From: an uncultured Acidobacteriota bacterium
GTDB taxonomy: Bacteria; Acidobacteriota; Vicinamibacteria; Vicinamibacterales; UBA8438
Assembly: GCA_913043225.1 (NCBI GenBank)
Contig: CAJWLU010000014.1
Coordinates: forward strand, 1-64,000
Direction: 5' to 3'
DNA length: 64,000 bases
A program made the position numbers and the translations under genes. A model generated the notes under the pieces. It did not search any database. It saw only the letters and a program-made list of their open reading frames with translations, and had not been told where the DNA came from. This document shows, piece after piece, positions 43,691 through 53,191 of the stretch (position 1 is the first letter of the stretch; every line of letters starts with the position of its first letter).

Positions 43691-46444
43691 ATGACTGTTG
43701 GGCGCGTGCGGGAGGCCGCGGCTCTCGTCGCATGTCTCCTGACCCTCGGGACGCCAGACGCGGCCGCGCAACCATTGGCGCCAGGCGCCTACGGACCGCT
43801 CGTCGACTTCCTGGAGGGGGCGGTGCTCGCCGGCGACCCGCAGGGCTACATGGCGCTGCTCAGCCCGGACGCCGACCTCGAGGCGGCGCGCACGTTCGCC
43901 GACACCAGCCTACCGCGCGGCGTCGACCGAGTCACCATCGTTCCGCGCTTCCAACTGCCGATCAAGGACGTCCCGATCGGTGAGGGGGTCACCCTCACGG
44001 CTGAGGTGTTCGCCGAATCTGGGAATCACGGACGACTTGAGACCTGGATGCTCGAGCTGAGGCGTCCGGACGTCGGCACCGACTGGGCCATCCGGAGCCA
44101 GGCCATCATCGATACGGTGGACAACCTCCGACACCTCCGCCTCGACCCCACCACGCAGTACGAGGCAGATAACGTCGTCGTGCTGGGCGAGGACCTCTCA
44201 CTGACCCTTTCGGGGACAGCGTTTGCGGCCGAAACCGACGAGGGCATGACCGGGCTGGTCTTGCTGGGTGACGGATTGATGAGCTTTGCGCCCCGACCCG
44301 AGGCCGAACAAGGCCAGGTGCGGATTTTCAGCGGGGACGACCGGCTCGAGACCGAGTTCGACGCCGTCTTCATCCGGGTCCACCCCGAGGTGTTCTCGTC
44401 CCAGGTGTCTACCAACAGCCTGATCGAGCAAACCGTCGACCCACGGGCACTCGAGAAGGCCACACGCGTCTTCGATGAGTTCATCGGGCTGTCGTTCACT
44501 TTAGACCTGTCCCACATCAGTGACCGCTTGTGGTCGGTCAGTCCCAGCGTCGGCGACTTTCTCGCCGAGATCAAGACACGGCGGCACGGCACGCTGACCT
44601 ATGCCCAGTCCGCCCAACAGCCCGAGGACATCTCGCTGTCAGTCCGCGACACCAATCGCATCGTCTCCCTGTATCCGTCGGCCCGGAAACGCGCTACCCA
44701 GACCCGGTACTTCTCCGACGACGATGCCGCATTGCTCGACATTCTGGATTTCGACATCACCGCTTCGTTCGAGCCGCTCGGTTTCTCCCAACAGAACTTC
44801 CGGGCGCGGCGGGAACTGGTCGGCTGTCGGATCGTCGGCACCGCCCGACTGGCAGTCAAGGTGAAGTCGCTGCCGATAGCCGCGTTCAGTCTGCGGCTCG
44901 CCGACGAACTTGCCGTCTCGTCGATCACGTCGAGTGAGTTCGGCCCGCTCCTGTTCTTCCGGCTGGCCGGACAGAACAACGTGGTGGTACACCTGCCGAC
45001 CGAGGCGCCAGGCGGCACCGAGTTCACCGTCACGGTGACCTACGCGGGCGATCTCCCCGCACAGCAGCTCGATGAGAACTGGTTGGCCAGCCAGTACTTT
45101 TTCTTCGAAGCCGAGGGGGTCTTTGGACTCGGCGAGCCCCGCTACGTCTACAGCAATCGGAGCTACTGGTATCCGCAGGGACGCTTCAGCGACTACGCGA
45201 CCGCCACAATGAACCTCTCGGTGCCAGCGGGCTGGGGCGTCGTCGCCAGCGGCGACCCGCTCCCCGACAATCCACCGGTGGCCGAAGGGGACGACACGGG
45301 GCCCCGGCAGTATTCGTTCGTGGCGTTGCAGCCGGCCCGGTATCTCTCAGCGCTCATTTCGCGCTTCGAAGAACACTCCACCCCGACCCGACAGATCCGG
45401 CTGCCGACAGCCCACGCCGACCGGCCGGAGAGCACCACCGGGGGCGTCTACTACGACACGTTGACCCTGAACACAGTGGGCAGCGCCCGCAGCATGCGGA
45501 CTGTCGACGACACTACCGAGCGGGCGGCCAAGATCGCCGCTTTTTATGCGGAACTGCTGGGCGACGTGCCGTACCCGTCGATGACCGTAGCGCTCACCGA
45601 CAACCGGCTGCCGGGCGGACATAGCCCCGCCTACTTCGCCATCATGAACCACGAGCTCCCTCGAAACCCGGGCATCATGGTCTCGTGGCAGACCGACCCT
45701 GTCAGCTTCAGCGGCTATCCGTCGTTCTTCCTGGCACACGAGATTGCCCATCAATGGTGGGGACAGGCGGTCGGCTGGAAGAACTACCACGAGCAATGGC
45801 TGAGTGAAGGGCTCGCGCAGTACTTCGCCGCGCTCCACGCCGAGCACGACGACGGAGCGGAGTCATTTAGCGACATCCTGCGTCAGATGCGTCGATGGGC
45901 ACTCCGGCACACCGACGAAGGCCCCATCTCGCTGGGCTACCGCCTCGGTCACCTTGACCGCGAGCCGCGGATCTTCCGAGCCCTCGTCTACAACAAGGGT
46001 GCGATGGTCCTGCACATGCTGCGCGGGTTGATCGGAGACGACGCCTTCTTTGAAGGCCTGCGCCGGTTCTACCACAACTGGCGCTTCCGGAAAGCAGGCA
46101 CCGACGCGCTGCAGGAGGCGTTCGAGACCGAGGCCGGCCGACCGCTCGGTCGCTTCTTCGAGCGGTGGATTCACGAGTCCGCGCTCCCCCACCTCGTGTT
46201 CAGGTCACAGACCGAGACCGGACCTGACGGTGAGGTGGTGGTGCTCCGATTCGAGCAGCAGACCGAGCGACTCTACGAGCTTCCCGTCACCGTCGAGCTG
46301 ACCTTTCGGAACGACGACGTGGAGTCGGTCGTCGTGCCCATCGTGGACACCGTGACTGAAATGCGGGTCCCCACCGACGGTCGGCGTCTCCGCCGGGTAC
46401 GGGTGGACCGGGACGAGCTAGCGCTGGCCAAGATCGATCGTTAA
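43691..46444 (+). CDS. M1-family (gluzincin) aminopeptidase-like secreted protein
   Basis: HEIAHQWWG, WLSEGLAQY and YNKGAMVLHMLR. Confidence 0.88.
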   Translation: MTVGRVREAAALVACLLTLGTPDAAAQPLAPGAYGPLVDFLEGAVLAGDPQGYMALLSPDADLEAARTFADTSLPRGVDRVTIVPRFQLPIKDVPIGEGVTLTAEVFAESGNHGRLETWMLELRRPDVGTDWAIRSQAIIDTVDNLRHLRLDPTTQYEADNVVVLGEDLSLTLSGTAFAAETDEGMTGLVLLGDGLMSFAPRPEAEQGQVRIFSGDDRLETEFDAVFIRVHPEVFSSQVSTNSLIEQTVDPRALEKATRVFDEFIGLSFTLDLSHISDRLWSVSPSVGDFLAEIKTRRHGTLTYAQSAQQPEDISLSVRDTNRIVSLYPSARKRATQTRYFSDDDAALLDILDFDITASFEPLGFSQQNFRARRELVGCRIVGTARLAVKVKSLPIAAFSLRLADELAVSSITSSEFGPLLFFRLAGQNNVVVHLPTEAPGGTEFTVTVTYAGDLPAQQLDENWLASQYFFFEAEGVFGLGEPRYVYSNRSYWYPQGRFSDYATATMNLSVPAGWGVVASGDPLPDNPPVAEGDDTGPRQYSFVALQPARYLSALISRFEEHSTPTRQIRLPTAHADRPESTTGGVYYDTLTLNTVGSARSMRTVDDTTERAAKIAAFYAELLGDVPYPSMTVALTDNRLPGGHSPAYFAIMNHELPRNPGIMVSWQTDPVSFSGYPSFFLAHEIAHQWWGQAVGWKNYHEQWLSEGLAQYFAALHAEHDDGAESFSDILRQMRRWALRHTDEGPISLGYRLGHLDREPRIFRALVYNKGAMVLHMLRGLIGDDAFFEGLRRFYHNWRFRKAGTDALQEAFETEAGRPLGRFFERWIHESALPHLVFRSQTETGPDGEVVVLRFEQQTERLYELPVTVELTFRNDDVESVVVPIVDTVTEMRVPTDGRRLRRVRVDRDELALAKIDR

Positions 46445-46550
46445 CAGTCGCAGGCGGACGAAGCTACAGGGCGAGCGGCCAAACCGACGGTTCCAGGTTT
46501 GGCGCAGCCAACATCGTGACCCGTTGGCGTTGGCCCACGGGTCGGGCTTG

Positions 46551-46970
46551 CTAGTGGAGGAAGATCTCCTCGACTCGGGGATCTTCCGGAGACGCGTCGA
46601 GCGCAAAGACCAGGGCAAACTGCCGGCTGTCGTACTCGTAGAAACGGGTCAAGCGCTCCCCCTGCCCGCTGTCGTCAAGTTCCTGACGCCCCACCTCGAC
46701 CCCACGACCGAACAGCGCGGCGATTTGGGAGGCCGTGTCGCCAACCCGAACCCCCTTCCCATCCCCGAAGAGCAACACCGGGAGGCTGACAGCCCCTGGG
46801 GGCACCGCCGCCGGAGGCGCCAGCGCCGGGGTCTCGGCAGTCGCCTGGTCGGTCGTGAACTCGCGGAACGTACGCACCAAGCCGGTTCCCACCCAGACCA
46901 CCGCCACCAGGAAGCCGGCTGCCGCGCCCCACTGCAAGAAGGATCCCGTTCGCCGGCGTAGGGTTGTCAT
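46551..46970 (-). CDS. Hypothetical membrane-anchored protein
   Basis: N-terminal TM helix; TAGAAT -10-like box upstream. Confidence 0.65.
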   Translation of the reverse strand: MTTLRRRTGSFLQWGAAAGFLVAVVWVGTGLVRTFREFTTDQATAETPALAPPAAVPPGAVSLPVLLFGDGKGVRVGDTASQIAALFGRGVEVGRQELDDSGQGERLTRFYEYDSRQFALVFALDASPEDPRVEEIFLH

Positions 46971-47139
46971 ATCGCTGTCCGTGGTCGGGGCATTCTACCT
47001 CCGGGAAGGCGGCTGCTACGCAACCGGCCGAGGGCGACATCTTGATATGATCGAGGCTGGTCTGAATCGTGGCGACGTCTAGCGGATCGGCAAGACTCGA
47101 CCCGAGAGGACCGCATCCCGATTCAACGCGGAGGCAATA

Positions 47140-48894
47140 GTGCGCTCGATCTCATTCACGACGCGGTGGCAACTCGTCACACTGGCATTGGCCGTCACGG
47201 CAGTGGCCGGTCCGCTGGCCGCCCAGATGCGTCTTCCAGAGCTCAGGTTCTCACCGCTCACCGAGACCGACGCCGTCCATGCCGGCAACACAGCCCGCGT
47301 CAGCCTGGATGTCACGCTGAACGCCGGATTCCACGTTAATTCGGACAGACCGCTCGACCCAACGCTGATCCCGACGGTGCTGACGCTCGAGCCTCCCGAG
47401 GGGATCTCCCTGGACGGCCTGGCTTTTCCAGAGCCAATCCTGGTGGGCGTGGCCGGCATCGAGGAACCCCTCGCAGTCTTCGAAGAGGAGTTCCGGATCG
47501 GCGTGAGTCTCGATCTGGCCGGCGATCTAGCCTCGGGCCTCTATGCCGTGCCCGGCAACCTCCGCTGGCAAGCGTGCAACGACACGATGTGTTTCGCGCC
47601 CAAGAACACCCCGGTGCAGTTCGAGCTCACGGTGGTGTCGTCGGACACGGCACTGGCCACCGTGCACGACAACTTTTTCGGCGGTCTGACGGAAGCCGAC
47701 CTAAGTGACGCGCCGTCACCGGCACCGGTGGCGGCCATGGTCGACAACGTCTCGGTCGTCGCCACCTTGGGCGAGTTCGAGGTGCTCGGGAGCACCGGCG
47801 GCTACCTCAACACCGAGGATTTCCTCGGGTTCATCGAAGCAGCCGAGTCTGGCGAAGGCAATCAGGGGTGGTTCGAGGGCCGCGGACCTTTAGCCATCCT
47901 GGCGCTCATCCTGGTGGGAGGTCTGGCGCTGAATTTGACACCCTGCGTACTGCCAATGATCCCGATCAACTTAGCCATCATCGGGGCCGGCACCCGCGCC
48001 GGGTCCCGCGTGCGCGGTTTCGCCCTCGGCGGGACCTACGGGCTGGCTATGGCGCTCGTCTACGGCATTCTCGGACTGGTGGTTATCCTGACCGCCGGCA
48101 CGTTCGGCACGATCAATTCCTCACCCTGGTTCAACGTCAGCATAGCGGCGCTGTTCGTAGTGCTGGGCCTGGCGATGTTCGACGTCCTGGCGATCGATTT
48201 CTCAAGCCTACAGTCGAAGCTCACGATGGGAGACAACGAGAACGGCTCGTTCATCGTGGCGTTCGGCATGGGGGCGGTCGCAGCGCTTCTGGCCGGCGCC
48301 TGCGTGGCCCCGGTCGTGATTCAGGTCATCGTGTTCTCGAGCAATCTCTATGGCACCGGCACCACCGTCGCGCTGTTGCTACCCTTCTTCCTCGGCATCG
48401 GCATGGCGTTGCCCTGGCCGATCGCCGGCGCCGGTCTCTCGTTGATGCCGAAGCCGGGACCGTGGATGGTACATGTCAAGCATGCCTTCGGCGTCTTCAT
48501 CCTCGGCACGGCCGTCTACTACGGGTACATCGGCTACGGGCTGTTCGCCCAGCGATGGGTCGATCCGACCGAGGTGGCTGACAGCGTGCAGGAACTGCTG
48601 GACGAGGGTTGGTACGCCTCACTCGCGCAAGGACTCGAGGTGGCCGAGGCCGAAGACAAGCTAGTGCTAGTGGATATGTGGGCAACCTGGTGCAAGAACT
48701 GCCTCACGATGGACCAGACCACGCTCAAGGCCCCCCCAGTCGAGGCTGGTCTCGAGGACTACGTCAAGGTCAAGTTCCAAGCCGAGGATCTTGACGCATC
48801 GCCCGCCCGTGAGGTCTTGCAGCACATGGAGGGCATCGGGCTGCCCACGTACGCCATCCTGCGCAAGCGGGCCGAGCCAGCGGCAGGCAACTGA
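47140..48894 (+). CDS. dsbD: Thiol:disulfide interchange protein DsbD (alpha, beta and gamma domains)
   Basis: QACNDTMCF, LTPCVLPMIP, ACVAP and WATWCKNC. Confidence 0.9.
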   Translation: MRSISFTTRWQLVTLALAVTAVAGPLAAQMRLPELRFSPLTETDAVHAGNTARVSLDVTLNAGFHVNSDRPLDPTLIPTVLTLEPPEGISLDGLAFPEPILVGVAGIEEPLAVFEEEFRIGVSLDLAGDLASGLYAVPGNLRWQACNDTMCFAPKNTPVQFELTVVSSDTALATVHDNFFGGLTEADLSDAPSPAPVAAMVDNVSVVATLGEFEVLGSTGGYLNTEDFLGFIEAAESGEGNQGWFEGRGPLAILALILVGGLALNLTPCVLPMIPINLAIIGAGTRAGSRVRGFALGGTYGLAMALVYGILGLVVILTAGTFGTINSSPWFNVSIAALFVVLGLAMFDVLAIDFSSLQSKLTMGDNENGSFIVAFGMGAVAALLAGACVAPVVIQVIVFSSNLYGTGTTVALLLPFFLGIGMALPWPIAGAGLSLMPKPGPWMVHVKHAFGVFILGTAVYYGYIGYGLFAQRWVDPTEVADSVQELLDEGWYASLAQGLEVAEAEDKLVLVDMWATWCKNCLTMDQTTLKAPPVEAGLEDYVKVKFQAEDLDASPAREVLQHMEGIGLPTYAILRKRAEPAAGN

Positions 48895-48901
48895 GGTGGG
48901 C

Positions 48902-49318
48902 GTGACGAGTCAGCCGTTCCCGCGACTGCTGGCGCCAGCCCTCGTGATGACCGCCGCAGGGCTGACGGGGTGCGCGGTCGAGCCGAACGACACCAATCTG
49001 AAGGATTCCTTTGTCGCCCAGATCGAAAGTGTGGGCGGTGTCAGCGGCATGACTAGGAACGGCGACACCCTGACTTTCAGCGGCCCTGATGGACAGGGGG
49101 ACACCGCCCAATGGCAAGTCCAGCTGGACGTCGTCGAGCTGGTCACTGAGGGGGAGCTGCGGGGCAACATCCGTTCCGTTTGGGTACGCGACGGCACACC
49201 GCTCGAAGCGCCAGTGGGATCGATGTCGTTCATGCCCGTCCCTTTCCTCGAAACGGGCATCGCGCAAGACTGCTATGCCATCTGGGACGAAGACACCCGA
49301 ACCTGGGGCTGGACCTAG
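48902..49318 (+). CDS. Hypothetical lipoprotein
   Basis: GTG after GAGGTG; LTGC lipobox. Confidence 0.7.
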   Translation: MTSQPFPRLLAPALVMTAAGLTGCAVEPNDTNLKDSFVAQIESVGGVSGMTRNGDTLTFSGPDGQGDTAQWQVQLDVVELVTEGELRGNIRSVWVRDGTPLEAPVGSMSFMPVPFLETGIAQDCYAIWDEDTRTWGWT

Positions 49319-49359
49319 GCATTCAGCCCGGATCAACCCCGGATTACCAGGCGGCGGTG

Positions 49360-50256
49360 TTAGGTACGTGGTACGCGGACGTTGAGCGCGTTCGGATGGA
49401 CGCGGGCCGTCAGGGTTGACTGGGCGGGCATCGGCTCACCATCCACGTGAAACGGCATAAGCGTATTCGAGCTCAGCGTCACGGAGGAGACCGAGCGGGT
49501 CTTCACCAGAGGATGCCTGTCGATCGACCCGGCAAGAAGCCGGGGCACGCTCCAGGCGATCCGTGGCAGACCCATTGGTCCTACCGTCACCACCTCCAGC
49601 CGTCCATCATCCAGCAGCGCGCCGGGCGCGATCAGCGCGCCGTTACCATACTGCCGCCCGTTGGCAATCTCGATAATCAGCGCCTCCTGTTCCTCAGTGG
49701 CGTCCTCGAACTCGAGCCGGTAGCGTTCCGCGCGATACGACAGCACCTTGGCCACGGTGGCTTGCATGTACGTCCGTAGTCCGCGACCAGACAAGTGGCT
49801 AAACAGCTCCGCCACCGAGGCCGCCAGCCCCACCCCGCCCACGTTGACAAAGTAGCGGCCACCGAGCTCCCCCGCATCAATCCGACGGTCGGCACCCTGG
49901 GCCGCGATCCGCATCGCGTCGCGTGGACGCAGGCTGATACCGAGCTCCCGGGCGAGACCATTTCCGGAACCGGCCGGGACGATGCCGAGCACCGTCGGCC
50001 GGTGGACCAGCGCCCCGGCCACTTCGTTGACAGTGCCGTCGCCGCCCCACGCTACGACGGGAGAATAGCCCCGGTCGGACAGATCGGCGGCGAGCTCCCG
50101 GGCATGCCCGCCACGCTCGGTGAACACAACGGTATGGACAAGCCCGGCCGCGTCACTCGCCCGCTGGGCCAACGCCCGCATGTCTGCACGCGACGAACGA
50201 CGCGACGAGGGCCCGGCGTTCGGGTTGATGACGACAGCGATCGGCGACGCGGACAT
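49360..50256 (-). CDS. Diacylglycerol/lipid kinase (YegS/DAGK family)
   Basis: INPNAG, GGDGTVNE, PAGSGNGLA, NGRQYG and VDGE. Confidence 0.93.
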   Translation of the reverse strand: MSASPIAVVINPNAGPSSRRSSRADMRALAQRASDAAGLVHTVVFTERGGHARELAADLSDRGYSPVVAWGGDGTVNEVAGALVHRPTVLGIVPAGSGNGLARELGISLRPRDAMRIAAQGADRRIDAGELGGRYFVNVGGVGLAASVAELFSHLSGRGLRTYMQATVAKVLSYRAERYRLEFEDATEEQEALIIEIANGRQYGNGALIAPGALLDDGRLEVVTVGPMGLPRIAWSVPRLLAGSIDRHPLVKTRSVSSVTLSSNTLMPFHVDGEPMPAQSTLTARVHPNALNVRVPRT

Positions 50257-50321
50257 CGCGGGGCTCTGGCGTGACGAATCCTCAGTAGGCCTGGATGCCA
50301 ATGCTATAATAATCGCCCAGG

Positions 50322-51563
50322 ATGGCACGTCGCTGGATGCGGGTCACGGTCGTGGTTGGGACCCTGACGGTGCTGTCTTTCCTCGCGCATCAGATCCGAC
50401 TCGCCGAACTAACCCTGGACGGCGAGCAGAACGTCGAACGGGCCTTCACCGACCTCAGCTGGACGCTCACCTTGACGCTGGCTGATCTACGTGCGGCCGG
50501 GCAGGCGTACGTAGCTGAAGGCCAGGACCGTCTCTACTGGACCTCCAAGGTCACCGAGCATCTTGCGACCGTGGCCGACAGCCTCGACAATCTTCGACGA
50601 CTAGCCATTAGTCCGACGTCGATCGAGGCGCTCGACGCGGTCAGCGCGACGATGGCCGAGCTCGAAACCATCGACCGCCGTGCGCGCGAGCATACTTCAC
50701 TCGACCAGCTGCTGCTCGCTTCCGACCTGCTCTTCACCGATGGACAGGAGCTGGCCGCACGGGCCGCGAGCCAGGTGGACCTGGCTCGGTCCGCCGAGCG
50801 GACGTTGAGGAACGAGACGGTGCGACAGACGCGGACCACGCAGACGCAGCTACTGCTCGGAGGCGTCGGTATCAGTGTCCTCGCGATGCTCCTGTTGGTG
50901 CCGGGCTTGCGACGAAGCGGCGCAGCCCCCTTCAGCGACGAAGCTCAGGAGGAGCCGTCGATCGAGACAAGCGGCGAGACCGCCCCACTGTCGAGCGAGG
51001 ACCGGCTGACGCTGGAGGACCTCGACCTTGGCGCTGCACAGGCCGACGAGACAGAGGCGCCGTCAGCGGCCAGCGCTGGCGCCATGCCGGACCTTCGGCT
51101 GGCGGCCGACCTGTGCACGGACCTAGGCCGACTGGCCGACCCTGGCGATCTGGCGGGTTTGCTGGCGCGCTCGGCCGATCTGATGAACGCGAGCGGTTTG
51201 ATCATCTGGGTGCGCGACCCACGTACCGCAACGCTACGACCGGCCCTCGGACACGGCTACCCAACGCGGACGCTCGCAGCCATGGGGGCCATCCCAGAAG
51301 ATGGCGACAACGCGACCGCCGCCGCCTACCGGGCGGGTCAGATGCAGGTCGTGGAAGGAAGCGAGGGCGGCAGCGGTGCCCTCGCGGCGCCACTGCTCGC
51401 GTCAGAACAGTGTGTCGGTGTGCTCTCAGCGGAGTTGCACGACGGCTGGGAGGCAAGCCCAGCCGTACAGGCGACGGTGGCCATTCTGGCCGCCCAGCTC
51501 ACCACGCTGGTGGCCCCAACCGCAGACAATGACGAAGTGTCGCCAGCCGAGGCTCACGGGTAG
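50322..51563 (+). CDS. Membrane sensor-like protein: TM, helical periplasmic domain, TM, acidic linker, GAF-like domain
   Basis: Two TM segments; C-terminal LAAPLL...VGVLSAE GAF-like strands; no kinase or cyclase domain. Confidence 0.7.
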   Translation: MARRWMRVTVVVGTLTVLSFLAHQIRLAELTLDGEQNVERAFTDLSWTLTLTLADLRAAGQAYVAEGQDRLYWTSKVTEHLATVADSLDNLRRLAISPTSIEALDAVSATMAELETIDRRAREHTSLDQLLLASDLLFTDGQELAARAASQVDLARSAERTLRNETVRQTRTTQTQLLLGGVGISVLAMLLLVPGLRRSGAAPFSDEAQEEPSIETSGETAPLSSEDRLTLEDLDLGAAQADETEAPSAASAGAMPDLRLAADLCTDLGRLADPGDLAGLLARSADLMNASGLIIWVRDPRTATLRPALGHGYPTRTLAAMGAIPEDGDNATAAAYRAGQMQVVEGSEGGSGALAAPLLASEQCVGVLSAELHDGWEASPAVQATVAILAAQLTTLVAPTADNDEVSPAEAHG

Positions 51564-51624
51564 AGAAACAGACTGCTCCAGCACGAGCCTGTAGAACGGC
51601 ATGGGGCGGGAACCCCACAGCCCC

Positions 51625-51847
51625 GCTGACGCACGCCGGCCGCGGCAGTCACCGAACCCTCCTGCACCTGAGTCACCAATAAACCGTCCTCAACGCCGAG
51701 GTAATCGGCTGAGTGCGAAGAGAGTTCCTGCACATTCACCCCAAGGCGCGGGCGACTGACACCAGCCACGTTTAAGTCGAACGTGTAGTCACGGTCCTCG
51801 TCCGGCACGAATCCACAGATCATTTCCGACAGCCGGTCAATTACCAA
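51625..51847 (-). pseudogene. Truncated PDZ-domain remnant
   Basis: RPRLGVNVQELS...YLGVEDGLLVTQVQEGSVTAAAGV; similarity is lost where GDVI would follow. Confidence 0.6.
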
Positions 51848-52012
51848 GCCGGCACCTGCGCTTCTTCAGATTCGAACTCGACCCAGTTGCAGAACGTCGG
51901 TGGCTGAACTCCACAGGGGACCCGGGCGTCACCGGGACAGGACGGTACGCGTGGCCGGTGGGTGAATTCGGCCTAAATCCAGGGCCGGACCAATCCGGTA
52001 CGCGTTTTGAAC

Positions 52013-52120
52013 TAAGGGGGGTGGTCGCGCGGAGTCAACGGGGTGCGTTAACTCAGGCAGGCGCTGGCATCGCCGCATCCCGTCTCGTGGGGCATAGGCG
52101 ACTCCGCGTGACCCCTCTTA
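52013..52120 (+). ncRNA. Unidentified structured RNA or miniature inverted-repeat element
   Basis: Nested stems 52013-19/52114-20, 52023-36/52100-13 and 52038-47/52074-83, each with one G-U pair on the + strand. Confidence 0.4.
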
Positions 52121-52201
52121 CCAGGTCTTCTTCGGACGCAGGAGACAATCCCGCCCCCCCGCTGGCGGAGACACTCCCCACCAGCCGGGTATACTGGGAG
52201 G

Positions 52202-52648
52202 ATGGAGCCGCTCAGTCTGCCGCTCGACTATACCGCCATCGAGCGGATCCTGCCTCACCGGTATCCCTTCTTGCTCGTTGACCGCATCACCGAATTCGAG
52301 GAGGACAAGCGGATCGTTGGGATCAAGAATGTCTCGCTCAACGAACAGTGCCTGGCTCGTCGCCCAGGCGAGCGGCCAGCGCTGCCGCCGACGATCCTCA
52401 CGGAGGCGGTGGCCCAAGTTGGGGCCATCCTGATCCTGGCCAAGCCGGAGAACCGCGAGAAGCTAATCTACATCGCCGGAATCGAGCGGGTCCGGTATCG
52501 GCGACCCGCCTACCCCGGCGACGTCGTCAACATCGAGGTCAACGTCAAACGACTCCGGCGCCGGATGGGCCAGCTCCATGGCACCGCGACTACGGGGGGT
52601 GAGGTGGTACTGGAAGGCCGGATGACGTTCGCCCTCGGCACCGCCTGA
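52202..52648 (+). CDS. fabZ: FabZ-like hotdog-fold protein
   Basis: LPHRYPFLLVDRI, KNVSLNE, EAVAQ and PGD; the catalytic His motif is not conserved. Confidence 0.8.
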   Translation: MEPLSLPLDYTAIERILPHRYPFLLVDRITEFEEDKRIVGIKNVSLNEQCLARRPGERPALPPTILTEAVAQVGAILILAKPENREKLIYIAGIERVRYRRPAYPGDVVNIEVNVKRLRRRMGQLHGTATTGGEVVLEGRMTFALGTA

Positions 52649-52803
52649 CTGCGAACTCAAACGGCCTTGGGTTCTATTAAGAGTGGCAGAATCTCAAATT
52701 GCGGACCTCGCTGAGGTGGCGCCCACTGCCGGCGAACCCCTCCAGCAAGAAGCGGGAAATCTACGCACACTCACTCGTGTTCACTCAATCTGGTGGAAGT
52801 TAA

Positions 52804-52983
52804 ATGGGACAAAACCCTGTGGGCCCGGAAGTGGACCAAGAGATGAGGGATCGGTTCATCGAGCGCCGGAGGCTCATAAAGCAAATAGAGGAGGACGCGG
52901 CTAGATGCCTCAAAGTGGACGTCAACAATCCTGAAGACCCGGTCTTCATAGATAAGGATGAAGATGAGGCGGGGCAGAGATAA
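52804..52983 (+). CDS. Small acidic hypothetical protein (59 aa) in a lower-GC patch
   Basis: MGQNPVGPEVDQEMRDRFIERRRLIKQIEEDAARCLKVDVNNPEDPVFIDKDEDEAGQR; below the ORF-track cutoff. Confidence 0.4.
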   Translation: MGQNPVGPEVDQEMRDRFIERRRLIKQIEEDAARCLKVDVNNPEDPVFIDKDEDEAGQR

Positions 52984-53191
52984 GATCTTCCTTCGGATAG
53001 GCTATTCGAGACCGGGAAAAAGCCAAATCAGTGTTTTGAGTTCGCACGAAGCACGACTCGTAGCGCACTCACTATTGCTCCAGGCTGAACGGGTCGACCG
53101 CCCCGAAACCCAGCCAGTCTAGAGGAGATCGTTCATCTCGTTGCTTTTCCAGCCTGCGTTGTCCGGAACGCCAGGTGATAGAATCTGACGA

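Noticed and set aside
51930..52125. tRNA-Sec, tRNA-Pyl or tmRNA-like gene (CTAAATCC, GACTCC and terminal CCA seen)
   Set aside because: No cloverleaf, no TTCGA T-loop and no proper anticodon stem could be built; kept only as an unidentified hairpin.
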